From Phycisphaerae bacterium (GTDB taxonomy: Bacteria; Planctomycetota; Phycisphaerae; FEN-1346), in the NCBI GenBank assembly GCA_035528235.1, contig DATKZB010000134.1, positions 1-46,899 of the forward strand: a DNA stretch of 46,899 nt. Reading direction: 5' to 3'. Every line of letters begins with the position of its first letter. Within the stretch, counting starts at the first letter, position 1. This document shows, in pieces, positions 1 through 9,427 of this stretch. A program made the translations under genes and the position numbers. The notes under the pieces were generated by a model. That model worked only from the letters and a program-made list of their open reading frames with translations. It did not search any database and was not told the DNA's origin.

Positions 1-1029
1 GACCAGGACGGGCTGGAACCGCCGCTCCAGGGCCGCGTCTTTCTCGACGTGCTTGCGATACTCGTCGAGGGTGGTGGCGCCGATGCAATGGAGTTCGCCG
101 CGGGCGAGCATGGGCTTGAGCATGTTGCCGGCGTCGACGGCGCCCTCGGCCCGGCCCGCGCCGACGACGGTGTGGAGTTCGTCGATGAAGAGGAGGGTCC
201 GGCCCTCGGACTCCTTGATTTCGCCGAGGACGGCCTTGAGTCGTTCCTCGAACTCGCCGCGGTACTTCGCCCCGGCCACCAGGGCACCCATGTCGAGCGC
301 GAAGAGGGTCTTGTCTTTGAGGCCCTCGGGCACGTCGCCGCGCACGATCCGCTGGGCCAGGCCCTCGACGATGGCGGTCTTGCCGACGCCGGGCTCGCCG
401 ATGAGGACGGGGTTGTTCTTGGTCTTGCGCGACAGGATTCGGATGACGCGTCGGATCTCGGCGTCGCGTCCGATGACGGGGTCGAGTTTGCCGGCCCGGG
501 CTTCCTTCACCAGGTCGCGGCCGTAGCGGGTCAGGGCGTCGTAGGTGCCCTCGGGGCTCGCGCTCGTGACGCGCTGGCTGCCGCGCACCTCCGACAACGC
601 CTTGAGGAACTTATCGTGCGTAACGCCCAGCGCGGCCAGTGCGCGGCCGGCGGGCGAGTCGGCGGCCGTGTCGATGATGGCCAGGACGACGTGCTCCACC
701 GAGACGTACTCGTCCTTGAGGCGCTTGGCCTCGTCCTCGGCCTTGACGAGGACCTCGCTGAGCCGCTGCGTGACGTACACGTTGCCCGGCCGCACGCCGG
801 GGCCGCCGACCTGCGGCCGGCGGTCGAGTGCGTGCTCCAGTTCCGCCCGGAGGGCGTCAACCGGCACGTCCATCTTGTTCAGCAGGCGCGGCAAGAGGCC
901 TTCGCTCTGGTCGACGAGGGCGGCCAGCAGGTGCTCGACGTCCACCTCCTGGTGACCGCGACGCACGGCCAGCGACTGGGCGTCGTGCATGGCCTCCTGG
1001 CACTTCTGCGTCAGACGATTCGTGTCCAT
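1..1029 (-). CDS. clpB: ClpB-type AAA+ protein disaggregase, N-terminal 343 codons; the 3' end runs off the window
   Basis: The reverse-complement translation starts at the ATG at 1029: [41 protein letters not shown]... It continues in frame to position 1. It contains the Walker A motif [18 protein letters not shown] and the Clp signature [35 protein letters not shown]. It is absent from the ORF track because there is no stop in the window. The plus-strand ORF 49..1116 is its shadow. Confidence 0.9.
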   Translation of the reverse strand, partial: MDTNRLTQKCQEAMHDAQSLAVRRGHQEVDVEHLLAALVDQSEGLLPRLLNKMDVPVDALRAELEHALDRRPQVGGPGVRPGNVYVTQRLSEVLVKAEDEAKRLKDEYVSVEHVVLAIIDTAADSPAGRALAALGVTHDKFLKALSEVRGSQRVTSASPEGTYDALTRYGRDLVKEARAGKLDPVIGRDAEIRRVIRILSRKTKNNPVLIGEPGVGKTAIVEGLAQRIVRGDVPEGLKDKTLFALDMGALVAGAKYRGEFEERLKAVLGEIKESEGRTLLFIDELHTVVGAGRAEGAVDAGNMLKPMLARGELHCIGATTLDEYRKHVEKDAALERRFQPVLV

Positions 1030-1310
1030 CGTGCGTGTCTCCCCCTGCGTCCGCGTCGGCCGGGGCGCGTGTGCCACGGCCGGTCTTGCCCGGCCGTGCT
1101 CGCCACGTGCATGTAGGCCGGGGCGCGCCCCGGCACCGGTGTATAGTCTGTCCACTCTATCCAACAGCAAACACTGTGCCACGAGGGAGCGGGCTTCGCA
1201 AGGTCTTGCGGGCGTTTCTGAGCGGGAACCGGGTCCGGAATATGCCATTTTGGCAGGCGGAACGGCCAGTAACCATCTGTCCTGCAACGCTGCTTCGCTG
1301 CTCAATGCCG

Positions 1311-1336
1311 CCTGGCGGCCTTCCTAGGCCGCCAGG
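1311..1336. repeat. Palindromic hairpin of the GGCC-TTCCTA-GGCC family (CCTGGCGGCC TTCCTA GGCCGCCAGG)
   Basis: Read directly: a 10-bp stem with a 6-nt loop. The same core recurs at 1700-1725, 1747-1770, 33821-33846, 33946-33971 and 33994-34017. Confidence 0.7.
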
Positions 1337-1374
1337 AACATCCGTGAGCCCCCATCGCGGCGGCCCGCGTGCGA

Positions 1375-1550
1375 CATGCCCACGCCAACAGCGAACATTT
1401 TGCATCGTGAATCGCAACCGGCCATCGGAGCATAACTTGTAGCGCGGGGGTTTACCCCCCGCGCCACATGTCCTAAGCCCCACGACCGCGGGGGATAAAC
1501 CCCCGCGCTACAGCGGTGGATGCAAAATGTTCAACAGCGGCGTGGGCATG
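1375..1550. repeat. Nested inverted-repeat structure in the clpB/mfd intergenic region
   Basis: The outer arms 1375-1406 and 1519-1550 are reverse complements in 26 of 32 positions (CATGCCCACGCC...GAACATTTTGCATC). The inner arms 1439-1464 and 1487-1511 match in 24 of 25 positions (GTAGCGCGGGGGTTTA(C/T)CCCCCGCG). Each inner arm is itself a hairpin. Confidence 0.7.
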
Positions 1551-1617
1551 CCACCCCGGAGCGGAGGCTTGCCAGAAACTCTTGGCACACCCCTTCCCGG
1601 CCGCGCGGCACGGTCGG

Positions 1618-1646
1618 TTGACGGCCGCCCCGCGGCCGGCTACAAT
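1618..1646 (+). promoter_or_regulatory. Sigma70-like promoter candidate TTGACG-17 nt-TACAAT for mfd
   Basis: The hexamers were read at 1618-1623 and 1641-1646 with an exact 17-nt spacer. It lies about 170 nt upstream of the mfd ATG, with the MITE-like element in between. Confidence 0.45.
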
Positions 1647-1654
1647 GTCGGCGA

Positions 1655-1805
1655 CTAGTGCTACTTTGTCAACTCGGCGTGGGCCCCTTGGAGCCCGCGC
1701 GGTGGCCTTCCTAGGCCACCGCGAGTTGGCGCAGGGCAACCTGTCGCGGCGGCCTAGGAAGGCCGCCGCGCACGGGGTGGCGATGAGTTGACAAAGTCGC
1801 ACTAC
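1655..1805. mobile_element. MITE-like non-coding repeat, copy 1 (about 150 bp)
   Basis: The imperfect terminal inverted repeats CTAGTGCTACTTTGTCAACTCGGCG (1655-1679) and CGATGAGTTGACAAAGTCGCACTAC (1781-1805) match in 21 of 25 positions. The interior carries two GGCC-TTCCTA-GGCC hairpins. The interior is nearly identical to 33901-34049. There is no coding capacity. Confidence 0.65.
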
Positions 1806-1817
1806 CAACCAGTACTT

Positions 1818-4800
1818 ATGGCCGAGGGCCAGAAAGTCGACATCCCGACCACGGGTCCGGGGGTTACCGACCTGCTGGGCCGTCAGGAGGTCACCGGCCT
1901 CGTCCGCCAGACCTTGCGCGAGGAAAGGCGGGCAAGCGTCGAGGGCCTGTGGGGATCCAGCGCGCCCGCCCTGGCCGCCGCACTTCTTCCGGATTGCCCG
2001 TCCACGCTGCTGTACGTCCTGGCGCACATCGACTCGGTGGACGACGCCCGCGACGACTGGCGCCTGTTTGCCGGCGAGGAGGCCCAGGTCTTTCCGGCGT
2101 GGGAATCGCTGCCGACCGAGTCGGACGTGTCGGACGAGATCCTGGCCGATCGTCTGCGCGTGCTCAAGGTTCTGCGGGCCGGCCAGCAGGGCGCCGGACC
2201 CCTGCCGCGCGTGCTCGTGACCACCATCCAGGCGCTCATGCAGCCGGTGCCGTCGCCGCGCCACCTGGCCGAGAACACGATGGAGTTGACGGTGGGCGCG
2301 GAGTACAGCGTGGCGCGTCTGAGGAAGTGGCTGGCCGAGCGCGGGTTCCGGCCGGCCGAACTGGTCCTGGAGCCCGGCCAGTACGCGGTGCGCGGCGGCA
2401 TTCTGGACGTGTACCCGCCCACGGCACCGGCCCCATATCGGCTGGAGTTCTTCGGCGACGACCTGGAGAGCCTTCGGACGTTCGATCCCTCGACGCAGCG
2501 GAGCCTCGACGACCGCGACCACGTCGCCATCTCGTTCATGCCCACCGGCAAGGGCGGCCCGCTGGCCCCCGAGACGACGACCAACCTGCTGGACTACCTG
2601 CCCGAGGACGCCTGGATCGTGTGGCAGGACCCGCTGGAGATCGCCGAGGTGGGCCGGTCGTTCATCGCGCGGCTGGCGAGCCCGGTGGGCGTGTACGCGT
2701 TCGACGCCGTGGTGCGCGAGTCGCGCGGGTTCGCGCGGCTGGACCTGTCGAGTTTCACGTCGGGTGGCGCCAGCGACGCCTTCACCCTTCGGACCGAAAG
2801 CCTGCCGCCCTTCAGCGGCAAGGCCGAAATGGTGCGGCAGGAACTGGCCGAGGTGGCGGCCGAGTCGGCCGTGCTCCTGTTCTCGGACAACGAGGCGGAG
2901 CGCGACCGCATGGCCGAGATCGTCGGTTCGATGGAACCCCAGGCCAAAGAGCGGATGCGGCTGGGCGTCGGACGGCTCGGGGCCGGCTTCCGCCTGGTGG
3001 CCGAGCGCGTGGCGGTGGTCGCCAATCACGAGATCTTCCGGCGGTACCAGACCCGGCGGCGCCTGGGCCGGCGCATCGAGACCCGGGCCATCGACACCTG
3101 GCTCGACCTGAAGCGCAACGACCTGGTGGTGCACGTGGTGCACGGCATCGGCCGGTACCTGGGCATGAAGACCCTGCGGCGCGACTCCAAGACCCTGTCC
3201 GACACCCGCGAGGCGCCGCCCGCCGACCCGCAGGCCGCGCACCAGACCGCCGATTACCTGCTGCTGGAGTTCCGCGACAAGGTGAAGGTCTACGTGCCGG
3301 CGTCGCAGGTGGACCTGGTGCAGAAGTACGTGGGCGGGTTCAAGGGCCGGCCGCAGTTGTCGCGCGTGGGCGGCAAGGCGTGGGGCGAAAAGAAACGGCG
3401 CGTCGAGGCCGCCGTCGAGACCTTCGCCGTGGAACTCTTGCGCATCCAGGCCGTCCGCCAGGCCCGGCCCGGCATCGCCTACCCCGAGGACAGCCTCTGG
3501 CAGAAGGAGTTCGAGGCCTCGTTCCCCTACCCCGACACCGACGACCAGACGGCCGCCATGCACGAGATCAAGCGCGACATGCGTTCGCAGCGGCCCATGG
3601 ACCGCCTGGTGTGCGGCGACGTGGGTTACGGCAAGACCGAACTGGCGGTCCGGGCGGCCTTCAAGGCCGTCGAGGCGGGCAAGCAGGTGGCCGTCCTCGT
3701 GCCGACGACCGTGCTGACGGTCCAGCACCTGAAGACCTTCCGCGAGCGGATGGCCGATTACCCCGTGGTCGTCGAGATGATGTGCCGGTTCCAGACGCGC
3801 GGCCAGCAGGCCGAGATTCTCGACCGGTTTCGCAAGGGGCAGGTCGACATCCTCATCGGCACGCACCGTCTGCTTCAGAAAGACGTCGTGCCGGCCGACC
3901 TGGGCCTGCTGGTGGTCGACGAGGAGCAGCGTTTCGGCGTCCGGCACAAGGAGACGCTCAAGCAGATGCGGCAGATGGTGGACGTGCTGACGCTGACGGC
4001 CACGCCCATCCCGCGGACGCTGCACATGTCGCTGCTGGGCATCCGCGACATCTCGAGCCTGACGACCGCCCCCCAGGACCGCCGCGCCGTGCGGACCGAG
4101 GTGTGCCCGTGGGCCGACGCGCTGCTGCGCCAGGCCATCCTGCGCGAACTGGCGCGCGACGGCCAGGTCTTCTTCGTGCACAACCGCATCCGGACCATCG
4201 AGTCGGTGGCCGATCGGGTCCGGGCCCTCGTGCCGGAGGCCCGCGTCCAGTGGGCCCACGGCCGCATGAACGAACACGAACTGGAGGACCGGATGCTCCG
4301 GTTCTTTGCGGGCGAGACCGACGTCCTCGTCTCCACCACCATCATCGAGTCCGGCCTCGACGTGCCGCGCGCCAACACCATGTTCATCCACGACGCCGAC
4401 CGCTTCGGCCTGGCCGACATGCACCAGTTGCGTGGCCGCGTGGGACGGTACAAGCACCGGGCGTACTGCTATCTCTTGCGGCCCGAGAACCGCCCGTTGA
4501 CGCCGGCCGCCGCGAAGCGGCTCCACGCCATCGAGCAGTACTCCGAACTCGGGGCCGGGTTCCAGATCGCCATGCGCGACCTGGAGATACGCGGGGCCGG
4601 CAACATCCTGGGGTCCGAGCAGTCCGGCCACATCACCGCCGTCGGGTACGAGATGTACTGCCAGCTCCTGGATGCCGCCGTGAGGCGGTTTCAGGGCAAA
4701 CCCGTTGAGGAGCCCCAACGGGCCGACGTGCAACTCGACCTGCCCGCCTTCATCCCCAACCACTACGTGCCGACCGAGAGCCAGCGCATCAGCCTGTACC

Positions 4801-5168
4801 GTCAGTTGCAACGGGCCGCCACGGCCGAGACCCTGGCGGAGGTGGCGGCCGAGGTCGCCGACATGTACGGCCCCATGCCCGAGGAGGTCCGACGGCTAAC
4901 CGACCTGGAGGCGGTGCGCGTGGCGGCAGGCCGACTGGCCGTCCGGAGTGTGCATCGCAAGGGCGCAGACCTGGTGTTCACGCTCGAAGACGCCGGGCGC
5001 CTCACGCCGCTGCTGGCCGAGCAGGCCGACCCCGAGGTCCGCCGGGCGGGCGTGGTCCGCGTGATCAACCCGTACACCGTCGTCTGGCGGCTGCACGAGG
5101 ACGCCGGGGCTGCGGCCGCCCTCGCGCTGCTGAAGAAGGTGCTTGCCGGTGGCGGGAGCGCCAAATAG
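1818..5168 (+). CDS. mfd: Transcription-repair coupling factor Mfd
   Basis: The product is 1116 aa from the ATG at 1818. The TTG at 1788 given in the ORF track lies inside the MITE-like element. Mfd hallmarks are present: DLVVHVVHGIGRYLGM, FPYPDTDDQTAAMHEIKRDM, the helicase motif I GDVGYGKTELAVRAAF, DEEQRFGV, and TATPIPRTL. Confidence 0.93.
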   Translation: MAEGQKVDIPTTGPGVTDLLGRQEVTGLVRQTLREERRASVEGLWGSSAPALAAALLPDCPSTLLYVLAHIDSVDDARDDWRLFAGEEAQVFPAWESLPTESDVSDEILADRLRVLKVLRAGQQGAGPLPRVLVTTIQALMQPVPSPRHLAENTMELTVGAEYSVARLRKWLAERGFRPAELVLEPGQYAVRGGILDVYPPTAPAPYRLEFFGDDLESLRTFDPSTQRSLDDRDHVAISFMPTGKGGPLAPETTTNLLDYLPEDAWIVWQDPLEIAEVGRSFIARLASPVGVYAFDAVVRESRGFARLDLSSFTSGGASDAFTLRTESLPPFSGKAEMVRQELAEVAAESAVLLFSDNEAERDRMAEIVGSMEPQAKERMRLGVGRLGAGFRLVAERVAVVANHEIFRRYQTRRRLGRRIETRAIDTWLDLKRNDLVVHVVHGIGRYLGMKTLRRDSKTLSDTREAPPADPQAAHQTADYLLLEFRDKVKVYVPASQVDLVQKYVGGFKGRPQLSRVGGKAWGEKKRRVEAAVETFAVELLRIQAVRQARPGIAYPEDSLWQKEFEASFPYPDTDDQTAAMHEIKRDMRSQRPMDRLVCGDVGYGKTELAVRAAFKAVEAGKQVAVLVPTTVLTVQHLKTFRERMADYPVVVEMMCRFQTRGQQAEILDRFRKGQVDILIGTHRLLQKDVVPADLGLLVVDEEQRFGVRHKETLKQMRQMVDVLTLTATPIPRTLHMSLLGIRDISSLTTAPQDRRAVRTEVCPWADALLRQAILRELARDGQVFFVHNRIRTIESVADRVRALVPEARVQWAHGRMNEHELEDRMLRFFAGETDVLVSTTIIESGLDVPRANTMFIHDADRFGLADMHQLRGRVGRYKHRAYCYLLRPENRPLTPAAAKRLHAIEQYSELGAGFQIAMRDLEIRGAGNILGSEQSGHITAVGYEMYCQLLDAAVRRFQGKPVEEPQRADVQLDLPAFIPNHYVPTESQRISLYRQLQRAATAETLAEVAAEVADMYGPMPEEVRRLTDLEAVRVAAGRLAVRSVHRKGADLVFTLEDAGRLTPLLAEQADPEVRRAGVVRVINPYTVVWRLHEDAGAAAALALLKKVLAGGGSAK

Positions 5169-5209
5169 AATAGGGGTCTTGTTTGACGCCTTTGGGGTGG
5201 ACGGGTTCC

Positions 5210-6463
5210 ATGAGAGCCATGCACGTGTTAGGGGTGGTGGGCCTGGTGGTCCTCGCCGCGGCCGGGTGCGGCCGCCGGGGACGCGAACTCGATGCCCTGA
5301 CGCCCCAGGCTGCCGCGCGGGGCGAATACGACGCCGACGCCGGCGCGCCCGGCGAAGAGATCAACCCCGTCCAGTTGGCCAAGCCGGCCACCGGCCTGAC
5401 GGGACCGAAATCGCCCGGCCCCACGGCCACGCTGACGCGGCCCGACCTCGACGCCCAGTACGAGGCCCGTCTGGGCGACGTGGCGCTGCCCATCCCCAAG
5501 GAGCGGCTGCCCGTGCTGGCCGACGCCGACACCAAGGGCGAGTCGCCCATTCTGGTCAACACCGTCCTGGCCGAGGTCAACGGCGAAGTCATCACGCGCG
5601 AAGACATTCTGGGCCCCATACGGCCCCAGATGCAGGCCTGGCGCAAGGAGTACACCCCCGAGGCCTTCGAGAGCCGCTGCCGCCAGGTCATCAACATGAG
5701 ACTGCGAGAGGCGATCAGCCGGCGGCTGGTCGTCCAGGAGGCCAAGGCCAAACTCTCTGAAGAGGAGAAGAAGCAGATCGATAGCACGCTGGGCCGGACC
5801 GTGAAGAACCTGGCGTCCGAGGCAGGCAGCGCCATGCAGCTCGAAGAGAAACTCAAGAGCGAGGGGTCCTCGCTCAGCGAAGAGCAAGAGCGGCAACGAG
5901 ACCAGTTGATGGTCCAGCGGTACCTGCGGAGCAAGATTGCGCCCACGGTCCACATTACCCATTCCGAATTGCTCGACGCCTACAACCAGGTTCGCGACGA
6001 ACGTTACGTCCAGCCCACACGGGTGCGGCTGGGTCTGGTGGCCATCCAAAAGAGCCAGTCGCCCTCCGTGACCGAGGCCCGGGCCGTGGCCGAGGCCGTC
6101 CAGAAACGGGCGTCGGCCGGCGAGGACTTCGGCCGGCTGGCCCGACGCTACAGCCACGACCCCATGGCCGAGAAGGGCGGAGACTGGGGATTCGTGACCC
6201 AAGGGGCCTTTCGCGTCAAGGCCGTCGACGTCGTCCTCTTCGCGCTCGAAGAGGGCCGGGTGGGGCCACTCGTCGAGACCGACGACACCTTCTACGTCGT
6301 CAAGGCCCTCGAACGGAAGCCCGGACACACCATCCCCTTCACCCAGGTCCAGGACGAGTTGGAAGACGAGGTCCGCGACCGCAAGTACAACGAAACGGTC
6401 AGCCAGTACATCCAGGACCTGTACCAGCGCGGCTACGTCCGCGTGATGCCGGAGAACATGTAG
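5210..6463 (+). CDS. SurA/PrsA-like parvulin-type peptidyl-prolyl isomerase, probable lipoprotein
   Basis: The start was chosen at MRAMHVLGVVGLVVLAAAGC, a signal peptide with a lipobox-like LAAAGC. The SurA-like N-terminal region contains VNGEVITREDIL. The C-terminal parvulin-like segment is GGDWGFVTQGAFRVKAVDVVLFALEEGRVGPLVETDDTFYVVKALERKPG. Confidence 0.7.
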   Translation: MRAMHVLGVVGLVVLAAAGCGRRGRELDALTPQAAARGEYDADAGAPGEEINPVQLAKPATGLTGPKSPGPTATLTRPDLDAQYEARLGDVALPIPKERLPVLADADTKGESPILVNTVLAEVNGEVITREDILGPIRPQMQAWRKEYTPEAFESRCRQVINMRLREAISRRLVVQEAKAKLSEEEKKQIDSTLGRTVKNLASEAGSAMQLEEKLKSEGSSLSEEQERQRDQLMVQRYLRSKIAPTVHITHSELLDAYNQVRDERYVQPTRVRLGLVAIQKSQSPSVTEARAVAEAVQKRASAGEDFGRLARRYSHDPMAEKGGDWGFVTQGAFRVKAVDVVLFALEEGRVGPLVETDDTFYVVKALERKPGHTIPFTQVQDELEDEVRDRKYNETVSQYIQDLYQRGYVRVMPENM

Positions 6464-6473
6464 GAGCAGCCGC

Positions 6474-6827
6474 ATGCCCGAAGTGGTTTTCCAGCCGTAC
6501 GATCTTCGCCTCCAGGTGCCGCGCGGCACCAGCCTGCTGGCCGCCGCCGACGAGGCCGCCGAGATGGTGGACGACGATTTCTTCGCCGGCGAACTGTGCG
6601 AAGGACGGCACGAGTGCGGCAACTGCGTGGTCGAGGTCATCGAGGGCGCCGACGCCCTGTCGCCCATGACGGAGTCCGAGCGGAAGTTGCTCGAAAACCT
6701 CGGCCAGGGCACCGCCGCGCGAACCGCCTGCACCGCACGCGTCTACGGCGACGTCACGGTCCGCATCCCCAGCCCCGTCAAACACACCGACCCGCAGGGC
6801 CAGGCCCAGATGCAGGCCCATCCGTAG
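6474..6827 (+). CDS. [2Fe-2S] ferredoxin-like protein
   Basis: The product is 117 aa. The Cys pattern is C-X5-C-X2-C-X34-C (CEGRHECGNC...TACTARV), which resembles adrenodoxin/putidaredoxin-type 2Fe-2S ferredoxins. Confidence 0.6.
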   Translation: MPEVVFQPYDLRLQVPRGTSLLAAADEAAEMVDDDFFAGELCEGRHECGNCVVEVIEGADALSPMTESERKLLENLGQGTAARTACTARVYGDVTVRIPSPVKHTDPQGQAQMQAHP

Positions 6828-6855
6828 GACGCGTCCCCTCGGAGCGAGCGCCCCG

Positions 6856-7812
6856 TTGCCCAGAACCGCCAAGCCCGGCCCCTTCACGCACGTGGCGATC
6901 ATCGGGCCGGGCGCCGTCGGCCTGTGCCTGGCGGTCCGCCTGGCCGGCGCGCCGGCCGCGCCGCGCGTCACACTGATCGACCACGACGCCGCACGGGCCC
7001 GGCGGCTGAGCGCGCGGCCGATCCAACTTCGCTCGCGCTCGGGCGACGCCAAGGCCGACGTCCCGGTCCGCCTGGCGCCCGATGCCCCGGCCGACCTCGT
7101 CATCCTGGCGACCAAGGCCCATCACGCCCGCGCCGCCGCCTCGTCGGCCGCTGCCTGGATAGGCCGGGCGCCCCTGGTGACCATCCAGAACGGTCTGGGC
7201 GCAGGGGCCGAGGTGGCCGACGCCCTGCCCGCCACGACCGTCGTCACGGGTGTGACGTACCTGGCGGCCAACCGGCTGGCCGAGGGCGAGGTCTGCCACG
7301 TGGCCGGCGCCGTGACACACCTGGGGTACGAAGGCCGCCCCGCCGACGGCACGGTCGAGCGGGTGGCGGAGTTGCTGGAGCGGTCGGGCCTTCCGGCCCG
7401 GGCCGAGGCCGACATGGTGCCGCGGGTGTGGGGCAAACTGCTCGTCAACGCGGCCATCAACCCCGTGGCGGCGCTGGCCGGCGCCCGGAACGGGGAGGTC
7501 GCCGTCCGGGCGACGCTGCGGGCGATGGCCGAGGCGATTGCCCTGGAAGGACAGGCCGCCGCGACAGCCGCCGGCATCCGGCTGCCCTACGCGAGCGCCG
7601 CCGAGGCGGCCGTCGAGACCGCCCGCCAGACCGCCGACAACCGCTGCTCGATGCTCCAGGACCTGGAGGCCGGGCGGACCACCGAGATCGAGTACCTGAA
7701 CGGCGCCATCGTCCGCGCGGCCGAGGCCGCCAGCGTGCCGGTGCCGGTCAACCGCGCCGTGACCGCGCTGGTGCGGCAGGTTACGGCGGCACAACCGGGG
7801 GCCCCATCATGA
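6856..7812 (+). CDS. panE: 2-dehydropantoate 2-reductase (ketopantoate reductase)
   Basis: An N-terminal Rossmann motif VAIIGPGAVGLCLA is present. The ApbA/PanE C-terminal motifs are KLLVNAAINPVAALAG and SMLQDLEAGRTTEIEYLNGAIV. The start is a TTG. Confidence 0.85.
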   Translation: MPRTAKPGPFTHVAIIGPGAVGLCLAVRLAGAPAAPRVTLIDHDAARARRLSARPIQLRSRSGDAKADVPVRLAPDAPADLVILATKAHHARAAASSAAAWIGRAPLVTIQNGLGAGAEVADALPATTVVTGVTYLAANRLAEGEVCHVAGAVTHLGYEGRPADGTVERVAELLERSGLPARAEADMVPRVWGKLLVNAAINPVAALAGARNGEVAVRATLRAMAEAIALEGQAAATAAGIRLPYASAAEAAVETARQTADNRCSMLQDLEAGRTTEIEYLNGAIVRAAEAASVPVPVNRAVTALVRQVTAAQPGAPS

Positions 7813-8531
7813 ACCGTGAAGACACGCGACGCCGACAACGACTGGTCCGGCTCGGCATCTGCGGTGCCGTCCTGGCCGCGCTGGTGACGGCGCTGGCCGC
7901 CATACCGGCCGTCGACCGGAACTGGGCCAAGGAACTGGCCACCTCGCGCACCCCGCTGCACGAACCGCAAGAGACCAGCATGGACCGTGTCCAGGAGCCA
8001 CCGTACGTCGCGGCGCTGGTGGTGTGCGCGGTCATGGTGGTCCGTCTGTGGCGGCGGCCCGACCGGCTGCCCTACTGGGTGCTGCTCGCGGCAATGGTGG
8101 CCTGGCTGCTGTGGCGCGAACTGCCGTGGGACGAGCGCATCCTGGGCGCCAACACGTTCAGTTGGGCCAAGTACCTGAAAGACCCGGCCGTGCCGCTGCT
8201 GGCAAGGGTCGGCCTCGGGGGCGGGTCGATAGCCGTGACGGTCGCCCTTATCGGGTACTTCGTGTGGCGCCGCCGGGCGCTCGGGCGGCTCATCCGCGAG
8301 AGGCTCTTCTCGCCCAGCACGGTCTTCGTCGTGCTGGCGGGATTGGCGCTGGTGGCCGCCCAGATGGCCGACAAGCACCGGTCGGTGGACAAGTTCCTCG
8401 GCGTGAGCCTGTCGGCGTGGGACCTCAAGGATTACCTGGAGGAATCCCTGGAGTTGGTGGGCCCGGTGCTCCTGGTGATGGCGTGCATCCTGGCGGCGAT
8501 GGAAGAGCCGCGCCCGGAGCGTCCGTCATAG
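7809..8531 (+). CDS. Hypothetical multi-pass membrane protein
   Basis: The ATG at 7809 overlaps the panE stop (ATGA). The 240-aa product has about 6 hydrophobic segments (LGICGAVLAALVTALAAI, YVAALVVCAVMVV, WVLLAAMVAWLLW, and others). No family was recognised. The upstream part of ORF 6924..8531 is a shadow of panE. Confidence 0.65.
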   Translation: MNREDTRRRQRLVRLGICGAVLAALVTALAAIPAVDRNWAKELATSRTPLHEPQETSMDRVQEPPYVAALVVCAVMVVRLWRRPDRLPYWVLLAAMVAWLLWRELPWDERILGANTFSWAKYLKDPAVPLLARVGLGGGSIAVTVALIGYFVWRRRALGRLIRERLFSPSTVFVVLAGLALVAAQMADKHRSVDKFLGVSLSAWDLKDYLEESLELVGPVLLVMACILAAMEEPRPERPS

Positions 8532-9341
8532 GACGGGCGGGGGTTCGTCGCGCGGCGGCCCGCCGGGCGACGGCCCCGGGCGGCCGGGCCTGTCCTCGCG
8601 AAACGGGCCGCGCTTGCCCGGGCCGCGCTGGCGCGGTTCCGGCCGGTCTTCCATCGCTTCTCGGAGGCGTTGCTCGACGATCTCGCGACGGTGCTCGGCC
8701 CGGTCGCGGAGTTCGCGGCGGAGTTGTTCGATGCGTTCCTCCAGGCCGCGGATGTGGGCCTCCTGGGTGGCCATTTCGAGTTCAAACATTTCGTTGATGA
8801 CGCCCCGAAGTTCCTGAACCAGGGCTTCCCTTTCCTGCTGGTTCTTGGTCTCGCGGACCCGCTGGGCGAGTTCGGCCGCACGCATCCGGATTCGCCGTTC
8901 CTCGATGGCCTTGTGGAAGGCCGCCTCGTCGCGCTCCTTCAGGTGCAGCAGTTGCGAGACCTCGAACCGCAGTCGCCGGCACAGTTGGCGGAACCGCTCG
9001 GGCTCCGACTCCCGCATCTTCTGGAGCGACTCCAGACGCCACGGCATGTGCTTGCGGACGAAGGCCAGGATGTTCTCGACCTGCTCGTCGGTCACGTCGC
9101 GGAAGATGGCCGGCTCGCGGCCGCGCATGAACGGGGGCGGATCGAGGGACCCGCGCCGGTCGCCCTCGCGGGGCCCGGGCGGCAGCGGACCCGGAGGCCG
9201 GTCGGGCGGACCCGGAGGCCGAGGCGGCCCTGCCGCCGGCTCCACTACCCGCGGCGCGCCGCCCGGTTCCTCGGCCGGCGCCCAGCCCGAAATGACCGTC
9301 GTGGCCAGGGCAAACGCCAGCACCGCCAGAAGATGTCGCAT
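8526..9341 (-). CDS. Secreted Pro/Gly/Arg-rich helical protein, possibly Spy/CpxP-like
   Basis: The start was chosen at MRHLLAVLAFALATTVISG, a signal peptide. A PPRPPGPPDRPPGPLPPGP tract follows. Next come an LTxxQ-like VTDEQ motif and a long charged helical region (EERIEQLRRELRDRAEHRREIVEQRL). It is the last gene of the ECF sigma operon. Confidence 0.6.
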   Translation of the reverse strand: MRHLLAVLAFALATTVISGWAPAEEPGGAPRVVEPAAGPPRPPGPPDRPPGPLPPGPREGDRRGSLDPPPFMRGREPAIFRDVTDEQVENILAFVRKHMPWRLESLQKMRESEPERFRQLCRRLRFEVSQLLHLKERDEAAFHKAIEERRIRMRAAELAQRVRETKNQQEREALVQELRGVINEMFELEMATQEAHIRGLEERIEQLRRELRDRAEHRREIVEQRLREAMEDRPEPRQRGPGKRGPFREDRPGRPGPSPGGPPRDEPPPVL

Positions 9342-9427
9342 GACTGCCTCCTCGTCCGCCACGCCGCGCTCGCCGAACCAACTTCCCGGCCGGCGCGGCT
9401 GCCCCAGATTCGACCCGCTATCCCCTC

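Noticed and set aside
49-1116. 355-aa plus-strand ORF at the window start
   Set aside because: It is a shadow of clpB on the minus strand. clpB has Walker A and Clp signature motifs and an ATG at 1029.
1157-1483. 108-aa minus-strand ORF in the clpB/mfd intergenic region
   Set aside because: It runs through palindromic repeat elements, has no SD, and its composition is not protein-like.
1473-4811. 1112-aa minus-strand ORF opposite mfd, and the 919-aa plus-strand ORF 1949..4708
   Set aside because: The Mfd frame contains unambiguous helicase and TRCF motifs. The alternatives are low-complexity Arg/Pro/Gly shadows.
6924-8531. 535-aa ORF
   Set aside because: The first 295 codons are a shadow of panE. 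Only the part from the ATG at 7809 encodes a plausible membrane protein.
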